Shown: piece after piece, positions 46,038-56,400 of the stretch
Layout: each line of letters starts with the position of its first letter
Position numbering within the stretch: position 1 is the first letter of the stretch
IMG/VR virus record: IMGVR_UViG_3300045974_000166
Location: 32,001 to 96,000 of that record
Length of the DNA: 64,000 nucleotides
Direction: 5' to 3' (one strand)
Source of the DNA: a virus
The notes under the pieces: model-generated
Databases searched by the model: none
What the model was told of the DNA's origin: nothing
The model's input: only the letters and a program-made list of their open reading frames with translations
Position numbers and translations under genes: made by a program

Positions 46038-48308
46038 ATGGCTACATCATTACTAAGCACTTATGGCACTACTCAATCTATTAGTAGAACTGATCTAGTT
46101 GGTCTAACATCTGTTTCTTTCATCAGACCACAAAGAATTAGTTTCTCTGTTTCTGGTACAAAACCAAATACAAGACTTTATGCATTTTTTGATGGTCAGG
46201 TAGTCTCACAATATGTAGCACAGACAGGCAAAAACAAGGGTGACCCAATCATTGCTGATAGCGCTGGCAGTGTCACTGGTTACTTTGATGTCCCACCTGT
46301 CACTTTTAACACTGGTGTTCGGACATTTTTGCTTCAAGATGATCCAGTATATTCTACTACGGTTATACCTGGAAATTCTGTGGGTACTGCCCAGGCTAAT
46401 TTTTCGGCCGCTGGTATTCTTAAGACATTCCAACAAACAACAGATGTTACAAATACTACGTTTAATACATTTAAACAAGATATTACTAAAACTGTAACAA
46501 ACAACATCATTGCAGCCAAACCTGTTCCTCCGCCAGCTCCCGCACCAGTTGTATCTACATGGTCCGGCGGAAATGACGGTGGAGGAGGTGGGGGAGATCC
46601 TCTCGCCCAGACATTTTTTACATATGGTGTAAAGGGTGGTTGTTTTATTACTGCTATTTCTGTGTTCTTTCAAAGTAAAGATGCATCTTTACCTATTACG
46701 TTACAGATTAGAAATACTAACAATGGTTATCCAACGGATTCTTTAATTTCGGAGTATGCTTCTAAAACATTGTCACCAGTTTCAATATTCACTTCTAACG
46801 ATTCAAGCCTAGAGACTAAGTTCGCATTTGATAGACCAATTTATCTTCAGGAAAATCAAGAATTCTGTTTTGTTTTGATGGCAAATTCTAACGGCTACAA
46901 TGTTTGGACTTCAGAATTTAGTAAAGTGTCAGTAGAAACAGGCAAGACAATTTTTGAACAGCCTTATGTTGGTACAATGTTCAAATCAGAAAATAATTCT
47001 ACTTGGACTGCTGAACAAGCTGAAGATATTAAGTTTACAATCTATCGTGCATCTTTTAATACTGCACCACGTGAATACACATTTAAAGCTAATGCACCTA
47101 CTATACTAGTGCCTGGTTATAATTTCTCTACTACATCTGGTGTCAGCCCAATAATCACTGCATCTTTTGACACACAGCACGGTCATAAAACTGGTGACAA
47201 AATTGTTCTTGCAACTCTTACGGGTGCAACATATAGAGGTATGACTGCTGCTACACTTGGTGTAAATACTGGTTTTTCTGTGACAGTTATAGATGATTAT
47301 TCTCTCACTTTTACAGCAACTGGTTGTACATCAACATCTGCCGGTCTTTTGTCGGCATCAGGAATTCTAAATCAGATTTCTGTAATTGCCCCCGGTACAG
47401 GTTATACAGCTTCTCCTTCAATTGTAGTTTCTGGTGGTGGAGCTTCTGTACAAGCTACTGCTCATGCAGTTGTAGTTTCTGGTAAGGTAGCTTCTGTTAT
47501 CATTGATACGGTTGGTACAGGATATACTTCTAAACCATCTGTTGCTATTACGGATGGTTCTGGGTCTGGTTGTATACTTGATGCAGTGTCAGAAGCAATT
47601 TTTGTAGTTTCTCTGAACAAACAATATCAAAATTTGCTGCCTGTTGTCGATACATTTATTCCACAATCTACAACAGTTGATTGCACTATAAAAACTATGA
47701 CGTCAGATTACATTCAGGGCATACATGAATTGTCGTCTCTTACCGTTCCTCGTCAATTGGTTAAGAATGCAGTTTTACTTAATTCTGGAACTGAAACTGT
47801 TGTTTCGTCTGGTGTGAATTCTACCGAAATTAAAATGACATTTTCTACGGATAATGCTAATGTTTCTCCAATGTTAGATTTAGCTAATAAACCTAGACTT
47901 CGGGTACATAATTTTATTGTAAATAACTCTTCAAATGCAGCATCAGAAACCTCTGCCACAACAGGTACAGCCCAGTCTAAATACATCTCTAAAATTGTAA
48001 AGATCGACACACCTTCTAAAGGTGCCAAGATATTTGTATCTGGTGCTTCAATTAAACAGACATCGTTTGATGTCTTTATTCGTACTTCGATAGGTAGTGA
48101 TAACCATACTCTGCTTGCTTGGACTCCAATGAACTGTGACATTCTTCGTAATGTTTCAAGTACATGGGATGAATACAGAGACTATGAATTTTACATCGAA
48201 AATCTTGCTATATTTGATACGTACGATATTAAGATAGTTTTGTACTCAGATGTTAAATACTTATTCCCAAAGATAGATAATTACCGTGTGATTATCCTAG
48301 CATCATAA
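46038..48308 (+). CDS. VrlC/DUF4815-like tail protein, C-terminal part
   Basis: RPQRISF.VSGTKPNTRLYAFFDG, DPLAQTF, QPYVGTMFKSEN.STW and Q.EDIKFTIYRA.F. Confidence 0.75.
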   Translation: MATSLLSTYGTTQSISRTDLVGLTSVSFIRPQRISFSVSGTKPNTRLYAFFDGQVVSQYVAQTGKNKGDPIIADSAGSVTGYFDVPPVTFNTGVRTFLLQDDPVYSTTVIPGNSVGTAQANFSAAGILKTFQQTTDVTNTTFNTFKQDITKTVTNNIIAAKPVPPPAPAPVVSTWSGGNDGGGGGGDPLAQTFFTYGVKGGCFITAISVFFQSKDASLPITLQIRNTNNGYPTDSLISEYASKTLSPVSIFTSNDSSLETKFAFDRPIYLQENQEFCFVLMANSNGYNVWTSEFSKVSVETGKTIFEQPYVGTMFKSENNSTWTAEQAEDIKFTIYRASFNTAPREYTFKANAPTILVPGYNFSTTSGVSPIITASFDTQHGHKTGDKIVLATLTGATYRGMTAATLGVNTGFSVTVIDDYSLTFTATGCTSTSAGLLSASGILNQISVIAPGTGYTASPSIVVSGGGASVQATAHAVVVSGKVASVIIDTVGTGYTSKPSVAITDGSGSGCILDAVSEAIFVVSLNKQYQNLLPVVDTFIPQSTTVDCTIKTMTSDYIQGIHELSSLTVPRQLVKNAVLLNSGTETVVSSGVNSTEIKMTFSTDNANVSPMLDLANKPRLRVHNFIVNNSSNAASETSATTGTAQSKYISKIVKIDTPSKGAKIFVSGASIKQTSFDVFIRTSIGSDNHTLLAWTPMNCDILRNVSSTWDEYRDYEFYIENLAIFDTYDIKIVLYSDVKYLFPKIDNYRVIILAS

Positions 48309-48318
48309 AGATAGAACC

Positions 48319-49797
48319 ATGGCCGCAAACATAATTTATAGAGCTTCAGTAACTCCGGTCGTAGCCTCTGCTACTATTGCAAAAAATTCTGCCCTTTCTA
48401 ATGCAGAAATGGATGGAAACTTAAAAGCAATTGCTAACGAATTGGAAATAAAAGCAAATCTAAATGCACCCACATTTACGGGCACAGTTGTTCTACCAGC
48501 AACTACTTCAATTGGCACCGTATCTTCTGTAGAGTTAGGGTTTTTGGATGGAGTAACTTCTAGTATTCAGACGCAATTGTCATCTAAAGCTTCAATAGCA
48601 AGTCCTACTTTTTCTGGTATTCCAACTGCACCTACTGCCGCACCTGGTACTAGTACCACACAAGTTGCAACAACGGAATTTGTTGCAACTTCTTTTACGG
48701 CAAAAGCACCAGTCGCTTCTCCTGCATTTACAGGTACTGCTACTGCACCTCAATTTATTTCTACTGCTGCCATTGGTACTCCTCCGTTTGCGGTAACTTC
48801 TACTACTGTCGTCACAAATCTAAATGCGGATTTCCTTGACGGTCAATCAGGAGATACTGCTGCAACACCAAGCACAATCGTAATCAGAGATGTTTCTGGT
48901 GGAGCTGCTCTTACAAATCTGAATACTACACTAGCTGATGTTAATACAATTTCCGGAGCTCTTGTATTTAGAAATGCAGGTTCTCTGGGTTACTGTTCAT
49001 CTACAACTGCTATTAAGACTTATCTTGGTGTTCCAACTGGTTCTGGTACTTCTACTGGTAGTAATACTGGTGATCAAACTTCTGTTACAGGTAATGCCGG
49101 CACAGTAACTAACGGTGTCTATACGATTGGAGACCAAACGATAGGTGGTAATAAGACATTCTCTCTTCCAATCGTTGGAACACTATCTGGTACTGCTACT
49201 TACGTTTCTACTACACAACAGACAAATATGATTACTGGTTCTAACACTCCAGTAAACATTGCTCTAGCTAATTCAACTAATAACGGTTCATTCGTCTGCC
49301 GAGCAGCTGGTGCATCTGACGGTAATTCTAATTTAGCAGGTCTAACATTTTGGCATGATTCTTATGCAATCAAGATGGGTGTTCGTGCCGATGGTATGTT
49401 TGGTATTGGTGGTTGGTCTAGAGGCGCATGGTCGTGGTATTCTGATTCTGCTGGCAACTGTGTGGCCTCAGGTAATGTGTCTGGTTATTCAGACCCGAGG
49501 CTTAAAGACAATGTACAACTTATAGCTGATCCATTTGCTCTTATAGATGCTATCAACGGAGTAACATTCACCTGGAATGAACATTCTAAACTCATACAAC
49601 CTAAATGGGGAAAACATGATTATGGTGTCCTATCATCAGAAGTAAAATCTGTGATGCCAGAAATCATTACTCAGTCAATTTCTGATGAAGAAACAGGTGA
49701 GATTTATGATACAGTCGACTACACCAAATTGGTACCAGTTCTTCTAGAAGCAATAAAACTATTGAAAAGAGAAGTTGATCTCTTAAAAGCAAAATGA
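48319..49797 (+). CDS. tail fibre 1 with C-terminal intramolecular chaperone (S74)
   Basis: SPTFSGIPTAPT repeats; SDPRLK...YGVLSSEV...VDYTKLVPVLLEAIK. Confidence 0.85.
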   Translation: MAANIIYRASVTPVVASATIAKNSALSNAEMDGNLKAIANELEIKANLNAPTFTGTVVLPATTSIGTVSSVELGFLDGVTSSIQTQLSSKASIASPTFSGIPTAPTAAPGTSTTQVATTEFVATSFTAKAPVASPAFTGTATAPQFISTAAIGTPPFAVTSTTVVTNLNADFLDGQSGDTAATPSTIVIRDVSGGAALTNLNTTLADVNTISGALVFRNAGSLGYCSSTTAIKTYLGVPTGSGTSTGSNTGDQTSVTGNAGTVTNGVYTIGDQTIGGNKTFSLPIVGTLSGTATYVSTTQQTNMITGSNTPVNIALANSTNNGSFVCRAAGASDGNSNLAGLTFWHDSYAIKMGVRADGMFGIGGWSRGAWSWYSDSAGNCVASGNVSGYSDPRLKDNVQLIADPFALIDAINGVTFTWNEHSKLIQPKWGKHDYGVLSSEVKSVMPEIITQSISDEETGEIYDTVDYTKLVPVLLEAIKLLKREVDLLKAK

Positions 49798-50699
49798 CTA
49801 TAAAGCGCTCTGGTATAATCGGACTTGCCGATATTCAGAATGAATTTGGGGGCAATGCCCCTATAGATATAAGTGAATACTATAGAAGTGGTGCATTTAC
49901 CACTTCAAATAATATAGCAGTCCCAACTGCCGGGCTTGTTTCTTTAGATAAATTTTATGGGACATCAAAATACATACCAGGTACTTCTGGTGTTTTAACT
50001 GCTTCAACTTCTATTGTACTTCCACCTCAATGTGGTACCACAGTATACTACTATTGTATTGCTGGCGGGGGTGGGGGTGGTGGAGGATCATCTCGCATAT
50101 CTTATGGTTATGGCGCAGGTGGTGGTGGCGGCACTGGTGGAAATTCTTATGGTTCATTTTCTGTTGTACCCGGAGATACTTTAGATGTTATAGTTGGTGG
50201 CGGCGGCTCAGCTGGCGCAGCCAGAGACGGCCCATATTCATTTGGAACAACCGCGGGTGAAGGTGGACTTTCTAGGATAAACAAAAATGGAATCCCTGTG
50301 GTTACGGCAAATGGTGGACTATACGGTACTGTTGCGCAATATGGTATAAACTCCAGTTTAGTAACTCCGGGTGGATCTATAGGTACTATATCTGGGGGAA
50401 CTACAATAGAGGCTGGTGATGTAGGTCAATATGGACAAAATGGAGTTTGGTGGGCAATTGGTGGGTCAGGCGGCCGCGGATTCTCTCTATCTTTATCTAA
50501 TAATGTTGGAGTATACACACGTGGTGCTTTGGGCGCCGGCGGCATCGGATACTATAATGGATACGGATCTGCTAGAAATGCAGTCTCTGGAACTGGATAT
50601 GGTGCTGGTGGATCAGGTGGTGGAGCAATGATGAATGCAGATTCACAAACATATCAGGGTACTCCGGGTGTTCAGGGTGCAGTATTAATCTGGTGGTAA
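49794..50699 (+). CDS. glycine-rich fibre-tip adhesin (gp38-like)
   Basis: IQNEFGG..PI.ISEYY N-terminus; poly-Gly loops (AGGGGGGGG, GAGGGGG, YGAGGSGGG). Confidence 0.7.
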   Translation: MTIKRSGIIGLADIQNEFGGNAPIDISEYYRSGAFTTSNNIAVPTAGLVSLDKFYGTSKYIPGTSGVLTASTSIVLPPQCGTTVYYYCIAGGGGGGGGSSRISYGYGAGGGGGTGGNSYGSFSVVPGDTLDVIVGGGGSAGAARDGPYSFGTTAGEGGLSRINKNGIPVVTANGGLYGTVAQYGINSSLVTPGGSIGTISGGTTIEAGDVGQYGQNGVWWAIGGSGGRGFSLSLSNNVGVYTRGALGAGGIGYYNGYGSARNAVSGTGYGAGGSGGGAMMNADSQTYQGTPGVQGAVLIWW

Positions 50700-50712
50700 A
50701 TTAGGAAATAAA

Positions 50713-51321
50713 ATGGAATATTCTTGGAAAATTGAGCATGTAGATGATGTATCTAATACAATGACTGTTAAGTATACATTTAACACGTCGTACCCATTAG
50801 ATTCAGTTCTAGTAAATATGTCTAGATGTCCGGCCGGCGTGAATGTAAATGATCATATACGACAACATACACCAACTTCTGTGCTTTCTCCGGGTGGTTT
50901 GTATAACAACTCTGCTGTGACTGGTATGACTGGTCTTGATTCTGTGTATGTAGATTCTATTATCAAGATGGATTCTATTACTCTTGATGACTATAAAAAA
51001 CTAAAGCGTGAAGAACTTGCAGCTAAGAGATTTGAATACGAAACTTCGGGGTTTGATTTTAATGGTATTAGAGTAGATACTTCTAGACAATCTCAAGCAA
51101 CTCTTGGCAATGCTTATGTCTCTATGAAGAATAACCTAATCCCATCGGTAGATTGGAAAGATTCTACGGGTAACTTCATCACTCTTACACTGACACAAGT
51201 AGAACCATTAGCAATTGCTGTGGCAGAATTTGTTCAGGCCGCGTTTTCCAAAGAGAAAACTTTGATACAACTTGTGAATGCAGCTACTACAAAGTCCGAA
51301 GTAGATTTAGTTGTTTGGTAA
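50713..51321 (+). CDS. tail fibre assembly protein (DUF4376-like)
   Basis: KKLKREELAAKR...DTSRQSQ...WK...FITLT...AFSKE. Confidence 0.7.
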   Translation: MEYSWKIEHVDDVSNTMTVKYTFNTSYPLDSVLVNMSRCPAGVNVNDHIRQHTPTSVLSPGGLYNNSAVTGMTGLDSVYVDSIIKMDSITLDDYKKLKREELAAKRFEYETSGFDFNGIRVDTSRQSQATLGNAYVSMKNNLIPSVDWKDSTGNFITLTLTQVEPLAIAVAEFVQAAFSKEKTLIQLVNAATTKSEVDLVVW

Positions 51322-51322
51322 A

Positions 51323-51538
51323 ATGAAGCAAATTGTTGATGCTTCTGGTACTCCAATTAAGGGTCTTTTTAAGAATGCAGATGGATCGGTAATCGTAAAG
51401 AATGATGTCGAACTTAAAAAGAATCTAAAACAGCATGAGACGTTCGACCGATTAAATAATCAAATAAATGATCTGACGATTAGAGTATCGGAGATAGAAA
51501 ATCTTCTTAGAAAAATGAGAATAAACAATGACAGCTAA
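51323..51538 (+). CDS. small coiled-coil virion-associated protein
   Basis: MKQIVD...GSVIVKN with a C-terminal coiled coil. Confidence 0.6.
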   Translation: MKQIVDASGTPIKGLFKNADGSVIVKNDVELKKNLKQHETFDRLNNQINDLTIRVSEIENLLRKMRINNDS

Positions 51539-54245
51539 CATTACATATAGACTTACTACTGCTGGCACCCCACCAGTTTCAACTACATTTAAAAATTTAC
51601 CTCTATCTAATGCAGAAATTGATGGTAACTTAAAGTCTATTATCACCGATGTAGATCTAAAAGCTCCGATTGATTCTCCTACATTCACCACAACAGCGGC
51701 CGCACCAACACCAGCACTAGCCGACAATACTACAAAAATTGCTACCACAGCATTCGTACAAGCAAATACTGTACCGCTACGCGCAGCTTCAACAGCAGGC
51801 ACATTTGATCAGTCTGCCACAACACCCACAAGTGTTACTCGTCTAAATTATTCTGGTGTATTTTGGCCAACAGCTATTAATTTGACAGGTACTGCAGATA
51901 CAACAGTTGCTGCCACAAATTATTTTGTAGAGACTGCTACCGATGGGGTTATACGTCCAAAACTTCTAGCAGATGTTAAAACAGAACTTGTTACAACCGC
52001 CGCAGTTAATTCTGCACTAGCTACATCAGTTGGTACAGTATTGACAGGCAATTGGCAAGCGACAGCTGTCGGAGTAACTTATGGTGGTACTGGTTTATCT
52101 TCATATGCCGTAGGTGATATTCCTTATGCTTCTGCTTCTAATGTAATTTCTAAATTGGCCGATGTTGCCGCCGGTTCTGTAATTATTTCAGGTGGTGTCG
52201 GCATTGCTCCATCATACGGTAAAGTAGGTCTTACGACTCATGTATCTGGAACATTGCCAATTGCTAGTGGTGGTACTGGCCAGACTACTGCTCAGTTAGC
52301 TATTAATGCTCTTACCGGTACAACTACCGGTACGTATCTTCGTGGCGACGGTGTAAATGCATCAATGTCGCCAATCCAGATACTCGATGTTCCAACTCTG
52401 AACCAATCAACTACTGGCACTGCTACAAATGCAGTTAATCTAAATGGCACTGGTACAGCACAAACAGCTGCTACTGCCGGTTCTGGTTATGGATTGTGGG
52501 CATCTGCTCCAATCACCTATGGCACTATGATGTCTGCTTCGACAGATATAACTTATGGTGGTAGAAATGGTACAGAAAGTACATCTGACTACAATATGTA
52601 CTTTACCATGGCCGGTGGTATAAATCGTGGATTCTTATTTAGATCAGCATACGGCGCAAATTTACTTTCGGTCAATCCAGATGGTATTAGAACCGGCATT
52701 GCTATTAATGGTACAGATTTAATTCTCTCTGGTAATTTAACTGTTAATGGTACTACGACAACTATTAATTCTACAACAATTTCCGTAGATGATATCAACA
52801 TAGAAATCGGTTCTGTTGCGGTACCAACCGATGTTACGGCAAATGGCGGCGGCATTACTCTTAGAGGAACTACAAATAAAACTCTTACTTGGGATTCTAC
52901 TAATACGAATTGGACTTCTTCTGAACATTGGAATATTCCAACTGGTAAGTCTTATAAAATCAACAACATTGCTTTGCTTACCGCTACTACGGTGCTTGGT
53001 AAAACTGTCGGTGATTCTACTGCTGGTGCCATCGTCACTATTGATGGAATACAGACGCTAGCAAACAAAACATTTACTGCACCTGCGCTTGGTACTCCTG
53101 CTTCTGGTGTCTTGACTAATTGTACTGGTACAGCTGCTGGCCTAACTTCTGGATCTGTTACTAATGCTACCTTGTCTACGGCTCTGACAGTCAACACAGG
53201 TTCACTTACTTTAGCTGGTAATATAGCAAATACATCGGTACTTACTGTTGGTGCGGGCGCATCCTCTGTCTCTGGCTCAAACACAGGTGATCAGACTGGT
53301 GGCACCCCTGCGCTAGTTTTTGGCACCACAAATACAGCTGGCGCTTCTACTAATTTCCTACGTAGAGATGATACTGTAGCAATATTTGATGGTACTGTGG
53401 GTGTTGTACCTACAACTGTTGCAACATCTGGTTTATCTACTGCTGGCACCGCCGCATTCGCTGCTCGACAAGATCATACTCACAACATTCCTATTTTAAG
53501 TGGCACAGTTTCTGGTATTGTAGCTACACAAGGTACTAGTGCTACTAATCTTTGGCTTAACGGTAATGGTGCTTGGTCGGCACCCACTTATGCTCAGATT
53601 GGGGCCTTGGGTGCTTCTGGTTCTGTGTATCTGGGCACAACCCCAGTTTTATATAATAGAGGTCCTGGTGCACTTTCATTGGCTGGTGTAAGTATTGATG
53701 GATCGGCTGGTACAGCAGGTTCAGCAAGCTCGGCCGATGCTTTAAATACTGCTAATTCTTATCAAGGTGTAAATTTTACTTCTACTGGTAGATTCTTAGC
53801 GGCCAGCGGTTCAGCAGCTGTGCCATCTATTGCTTGGTCAGCTGATGGTGGAACTGATACTGGATTTTATTGGGGCGGTGATGGCTATACATTCTTTACT
53901 AATAATAGTGTTTATAGCGGACAGATCGGCCCAGGCGGCAATCTTATTATGGTTGGCAATGTCACTGCTTATTCAGATATCCGAATCAAGACTAACATCA
54001 CAAAGATTACTGGCGCACTAGATAAAGTAGATCAACTAAATGGTTATACATTTGATCGTACCGATGTAAATTTACCTAGACAGACCGGTGTGATTGCTCA
54101 GGAAGTTCTTAAGGTACTTCCGGAAGCAGTCATGGGCACTGAAGAAACTAAATACTCTGTTGCTTACGGTAACATGGTTGGTCTATTGATTGAAGCAATT
54201 AAGGAACTTCGAGCAGAAGTTGCAGAACTTAAGGGATTGAAATAA
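51528..54245 (+). CDS. tail fibre 2 with C-terminal intramolecular chaperone (S74)
   Basis: N-terminus paralogous to fibre 1 (LSNAEIDGNLK); SDIRIK...GVIAQEV...VAYGNMVGLLIEAIKEL. Confidence 0.85.
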   Translation: MTANITYRLTTAGTPPVSTTFKNLPLSNAEIDGNLKSIITDVDLKAPIDSPTFTTTAAAPTPALADNTTKIATTAFVQANTVPLRAASTAGTFDQSATTPTSVTRLNYSGVFWPTAINLTGTADTTVAATNYFVETATDGVIRPKLLADVKTELVTTAAVNSALATSVGTVLTGNWQATAVGVTYGGTGLSSYAVGDIPYASASNVISKLADVAAGSVIISGGVGIAPSYGKVGLTTHVSGTLPIASGGTGQTTAQLAINALTGTTTGTYLRGDGVNASMSPIQILDVPTLNQSTTGTATNAVNLNGTGTAQTAATAGSGYGLWASAPITYGTMMSASTDITYGGRNGTESTSDYNMYFTMAGGINRGFLFRSAYGANLLSVNPDGIRTGIAINGTDLILSGNLTVNGTTTTINSTTISVDDINIEIGSVAVPTDVTANGGGITLRGTTNKTLTWDSTNTNWTSSEHWNIPTGKSYKINNIALLTATTVLGKTVGDSTAGAIVTIDGIQTLANKTFTAPALGTPASGVLTNCTGTAAGLTSGSVTNATLSTALTVNTGSLTLAGNIANTSVLTVGAGASSVSGSNTGDQTGGTPALVFGTTNTAGASTNFLRRDDTVAIFDGTVGVVPTTVATSGLSTAGTAAFAARQDHTHNIPILSGTVSGIVATQGTSATNLWLNGNGAWSAPTYAQIGALGASGSVYLGTTPVLYNRGPGALSLAGVSIDGSAGTAGSASSADALNTANSYQGVNFTSTGRFLAASGSAAVPSIAWSADGGTDTGFYWGGDGYTFFTNNSVYSGQIGPGGNLIMVGNVTAYSDIRIKTNITKITGALDKVDQLNGYTFDRTDVNLPRQTGVIAQEVLKVLPEAVMGTEETKYSVAYGNMVGLLIEAIKELRAEVAELKGLK

Positions 54246-54246
54246 T

Positions 54247-54867
54247 ATGGTGATGCCGGCATCTGGTGGACTTAATTTAGCTGGTACTTCTACTCCAGTT
54301 AGTGTAGCCCAAGAACTTGGTTTGGGCTTAACAACTACAATATCAATGAACCAGGCAGCAGTTAGAACTTTGGCGGGTGCTGGGGGTTCTGGTACTTCTT
54401 GGAGTATGAGTTCTTTATATGGGAAAAGTAATGCAGCAAGTGTTATTACATCCCCTTATTTTGTCGCAAGTGCGGCTATGAATATAGAAGGCGCGGCCAC
54501 CGCGAGAATAACCTTCAGCGGGGTTACGGGTTTAATAACTACGGTTGCAAATGCTGGCGGCATCACCGGAGGTACACTTGCTTCTGCTTGGTTGACCTCA
54601 GGGCTTGCTGCTGGCCAAACTGTTTATCTACGACTCCATGTAAATAGTAAATCAGCCACCGGCACCAATTTAACCGCTTTTGGAAGTCCTGTAACGGGCG
54701 CGACTAGCGCATGGTATGGTGTTACCTCTGCCACTGCTATGCAAATCTCTGCAGCAGCATCCATAAATTTTATGTACTCGGCTAGTGTGTATTTTCAAGT
54801 GTCCTTGGATGCCTCGACAGTGCTTGCAACGACACCTACTATTGTTATTGTCGCTAATAACATATAA
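54247..54867 (+). CDS. fibre-tip adhesin 2 (gp38-like N-terminus)
   Basis: MPASG...SMNQAAVRTLAG...SMSSLYGKS attachment module, directly after fibre 2. Confidence 0.6.
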   Translation: MVMPASGGLNLAGTSTPVSVAQELGLGLTTTISMNQAAVRTLAGAGGSGTSWSMSSLYGKSNAASVITSPYFVASAAMNIEGAATARITFSGVTGLITTVANAGGITGGTLASAWLTSGLAAGQTVYLRLHVNSKSATGTNLTAFGSPVTGATSAWYGVTSATAMQISAAASINFMYSASVYFQVSLDASTVLATTPTIVIVANNI

Positions 54868-54882
54868 GCAGTAAATCTAACA

Positions 54883-56400
54883 ATGCTCAACGAATCAGTA
54901 CAAAATCTAACAGAAAAGACCTTTGGTACGACAAAGCAAGCACCAGTAGACTTTGACCCAAAAACACCAGAAGAATATGATCTGGTCTACGGTCCAGCAC
55001 TAAAGCAGGCAGAAAAGAAGGGTGACAAAGTTACAGTTCATATTCTTGAAAATGAACGTGCCAAATTGGTAGCTAAAACTACGGCTGCTGTGGCCCCAGC
55101 TAAAATTCCAGATGCCATAGTTGCAATGGAAGCTGCGGTTACAGAACAACCCACAGAAACAAAGTCTCAAACACCTGAATTATCAGAAGGTGTTACAAAA
55201 AATAAAAAGAGTGAATTTACAAGACTAAACAAGATGTTAGAGGCATTTTGTAATGCCGAGCTCTATGTAAATAAACAAACTTTAGATGAAGTAAAAAAGA
55301 CAAACGAATTTCTTAAAAAGAAAGAAGAAACTGCTAAAAAGAAGGATGTAGCACCCCCAAAAGCTATAGTGCCAACTCCAACTGCGGTCAAAGTAGAACC
55401 ACCTCCCGTTCCAGAACCAATAGTAAAACCTGCACAAACAGAGAGAACTCAGGTCCCGGAACCAATAGTCAAATCCGATTCACCAGAACCGACTCCTATT
55501 CCCCGCGTAAGAAAAAGAGAAGTAGAACCAGCAGATGATCAACCTCGGCAATCTATTCTAGATAAAGCATACAGCAAATCATACAACGCAGTTACTAATC
55601 TACTTACTGGAAGCAAATCTGATAACTCAGAAGTAGACGAAGAAATTCTTGTCGAGGCAAAGAAAACAAACGAACTGTTAGAAGATGCCGCCGAGGAAAG
55701 AAAAATGGCTCATGCACTAGCAGATGAAACTGCTTCGGAACGTGTGTCACCTGTAAAATCAGCCGCGCCTAAAGATCTACAAAAGAAAAATATAGAAGTA
55801 GAAAATAAGCCACGCACTTCGCTTACTTCTACAATTCTTGAAAAGGGTGCTGGAATATTGGGTTCTGCAGGTAAAATGGCCCTTCCAGCACTGGCAGTTG
55901 CCGGAGCCGGAGCAGCTGGATATGCAGCTGGAAACTGGCTCAATGAAAACACAAACATCCAAGAAAACATTGCCGGTGGTGTAGAAACCGTCAAGGGTTG
56001 GTTTGGCAATTCATTTGAAGATAAGCAGAAAGAAGCTGATAAGAAATCCACTCAAGATCTTTATGAGAAAAAGGTAAAAGAAGGTAAACTTACTGCTAAA
56101 TCTGCTGCATTCTTTGAAAAGCAAGGTGTCAAGGTAGATAAATCTAAGATAACAGAAGTACCAGAAGCGGCCAAATCTTCTGTAATTACTTCTGTAGAAA
56201 AATCTGTTGCAACTAAGGATGCCAATACCGATGCAGCAAAAACTCAACAAGTGACACCTCCACCGATGGTATTAAATACTACAAATAATGTAGGTTCTGG
56301 CAGTTCTTCACCTACTATCATTTCTGGTATGAACATAAGAAATTCCGAAAGTACATTTGACCGAGTTCAAATGCAAAATTACTGGTCTAGGACAATATAA
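54883..56400 (+). CDS. tape measure / baseplate hub protein (gp29-like)
   Basis: Low-complexity Lys/Glu/Pro/Thr protein; GxxG hydrophobic patch; C-terminal PMVLNTTNN resembling gp29-type ends. Confidence 0.5.
   Translation: MLNESVQNLTEKTFGTTKQAPVDFDPKTPEEYDLVYGPALKQAEKKGDKVTVHILENERAKLVAKTTAAVAPAKIPDAIVAMEAAVTEQPTETKSQTPELSEGVTKNKKSEFTRLNKMLEAFCNAELYVNKQTLDEVKKTNEFLKKKEETAKKKDVAPPKAIVPTPTAVKVEPPPVPEPIVKPAQTERTQVPEPIVKSDSPEPTPIPRVRKREVEPADDQPRQSILDKAYSKSYNAVTNLLTGSKSDNSEVDEEILVEAKKTNELLEDAAEERKMAHALADETASERVSPVKSAAPKDLQKKNIEVENKPRTSLTSTILEKGAGILGSAGKMALPALAVAGAGAAGYAAGNWLNENTNIQENIAGGVETVKGWFGNSFEDKQKEADKKSTQDLYEKKVKEGKLTAKSAAFFEKQGVKVDKSKITEVPEAAKSSVITSVEKSVATKDANTDAAKTQQVTPPPMVLNTTNNVGSGSSSPTIISGMNIRNSESTFDRVQMQNYWSRTI

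Noticed and set aside
46630-46660. GGCF in the 46038 protein as a second Hint start
   Set aside because: It is followed by ITAISVFF, part of the conserved DPLAQTF domain; no block B or F motifs.
48319-54867. Diversity-generating retroelement acting on the adhesins
   Set aside because: No reverse transcriptase in the window and no TR/VR pair differing at adenines was seen.
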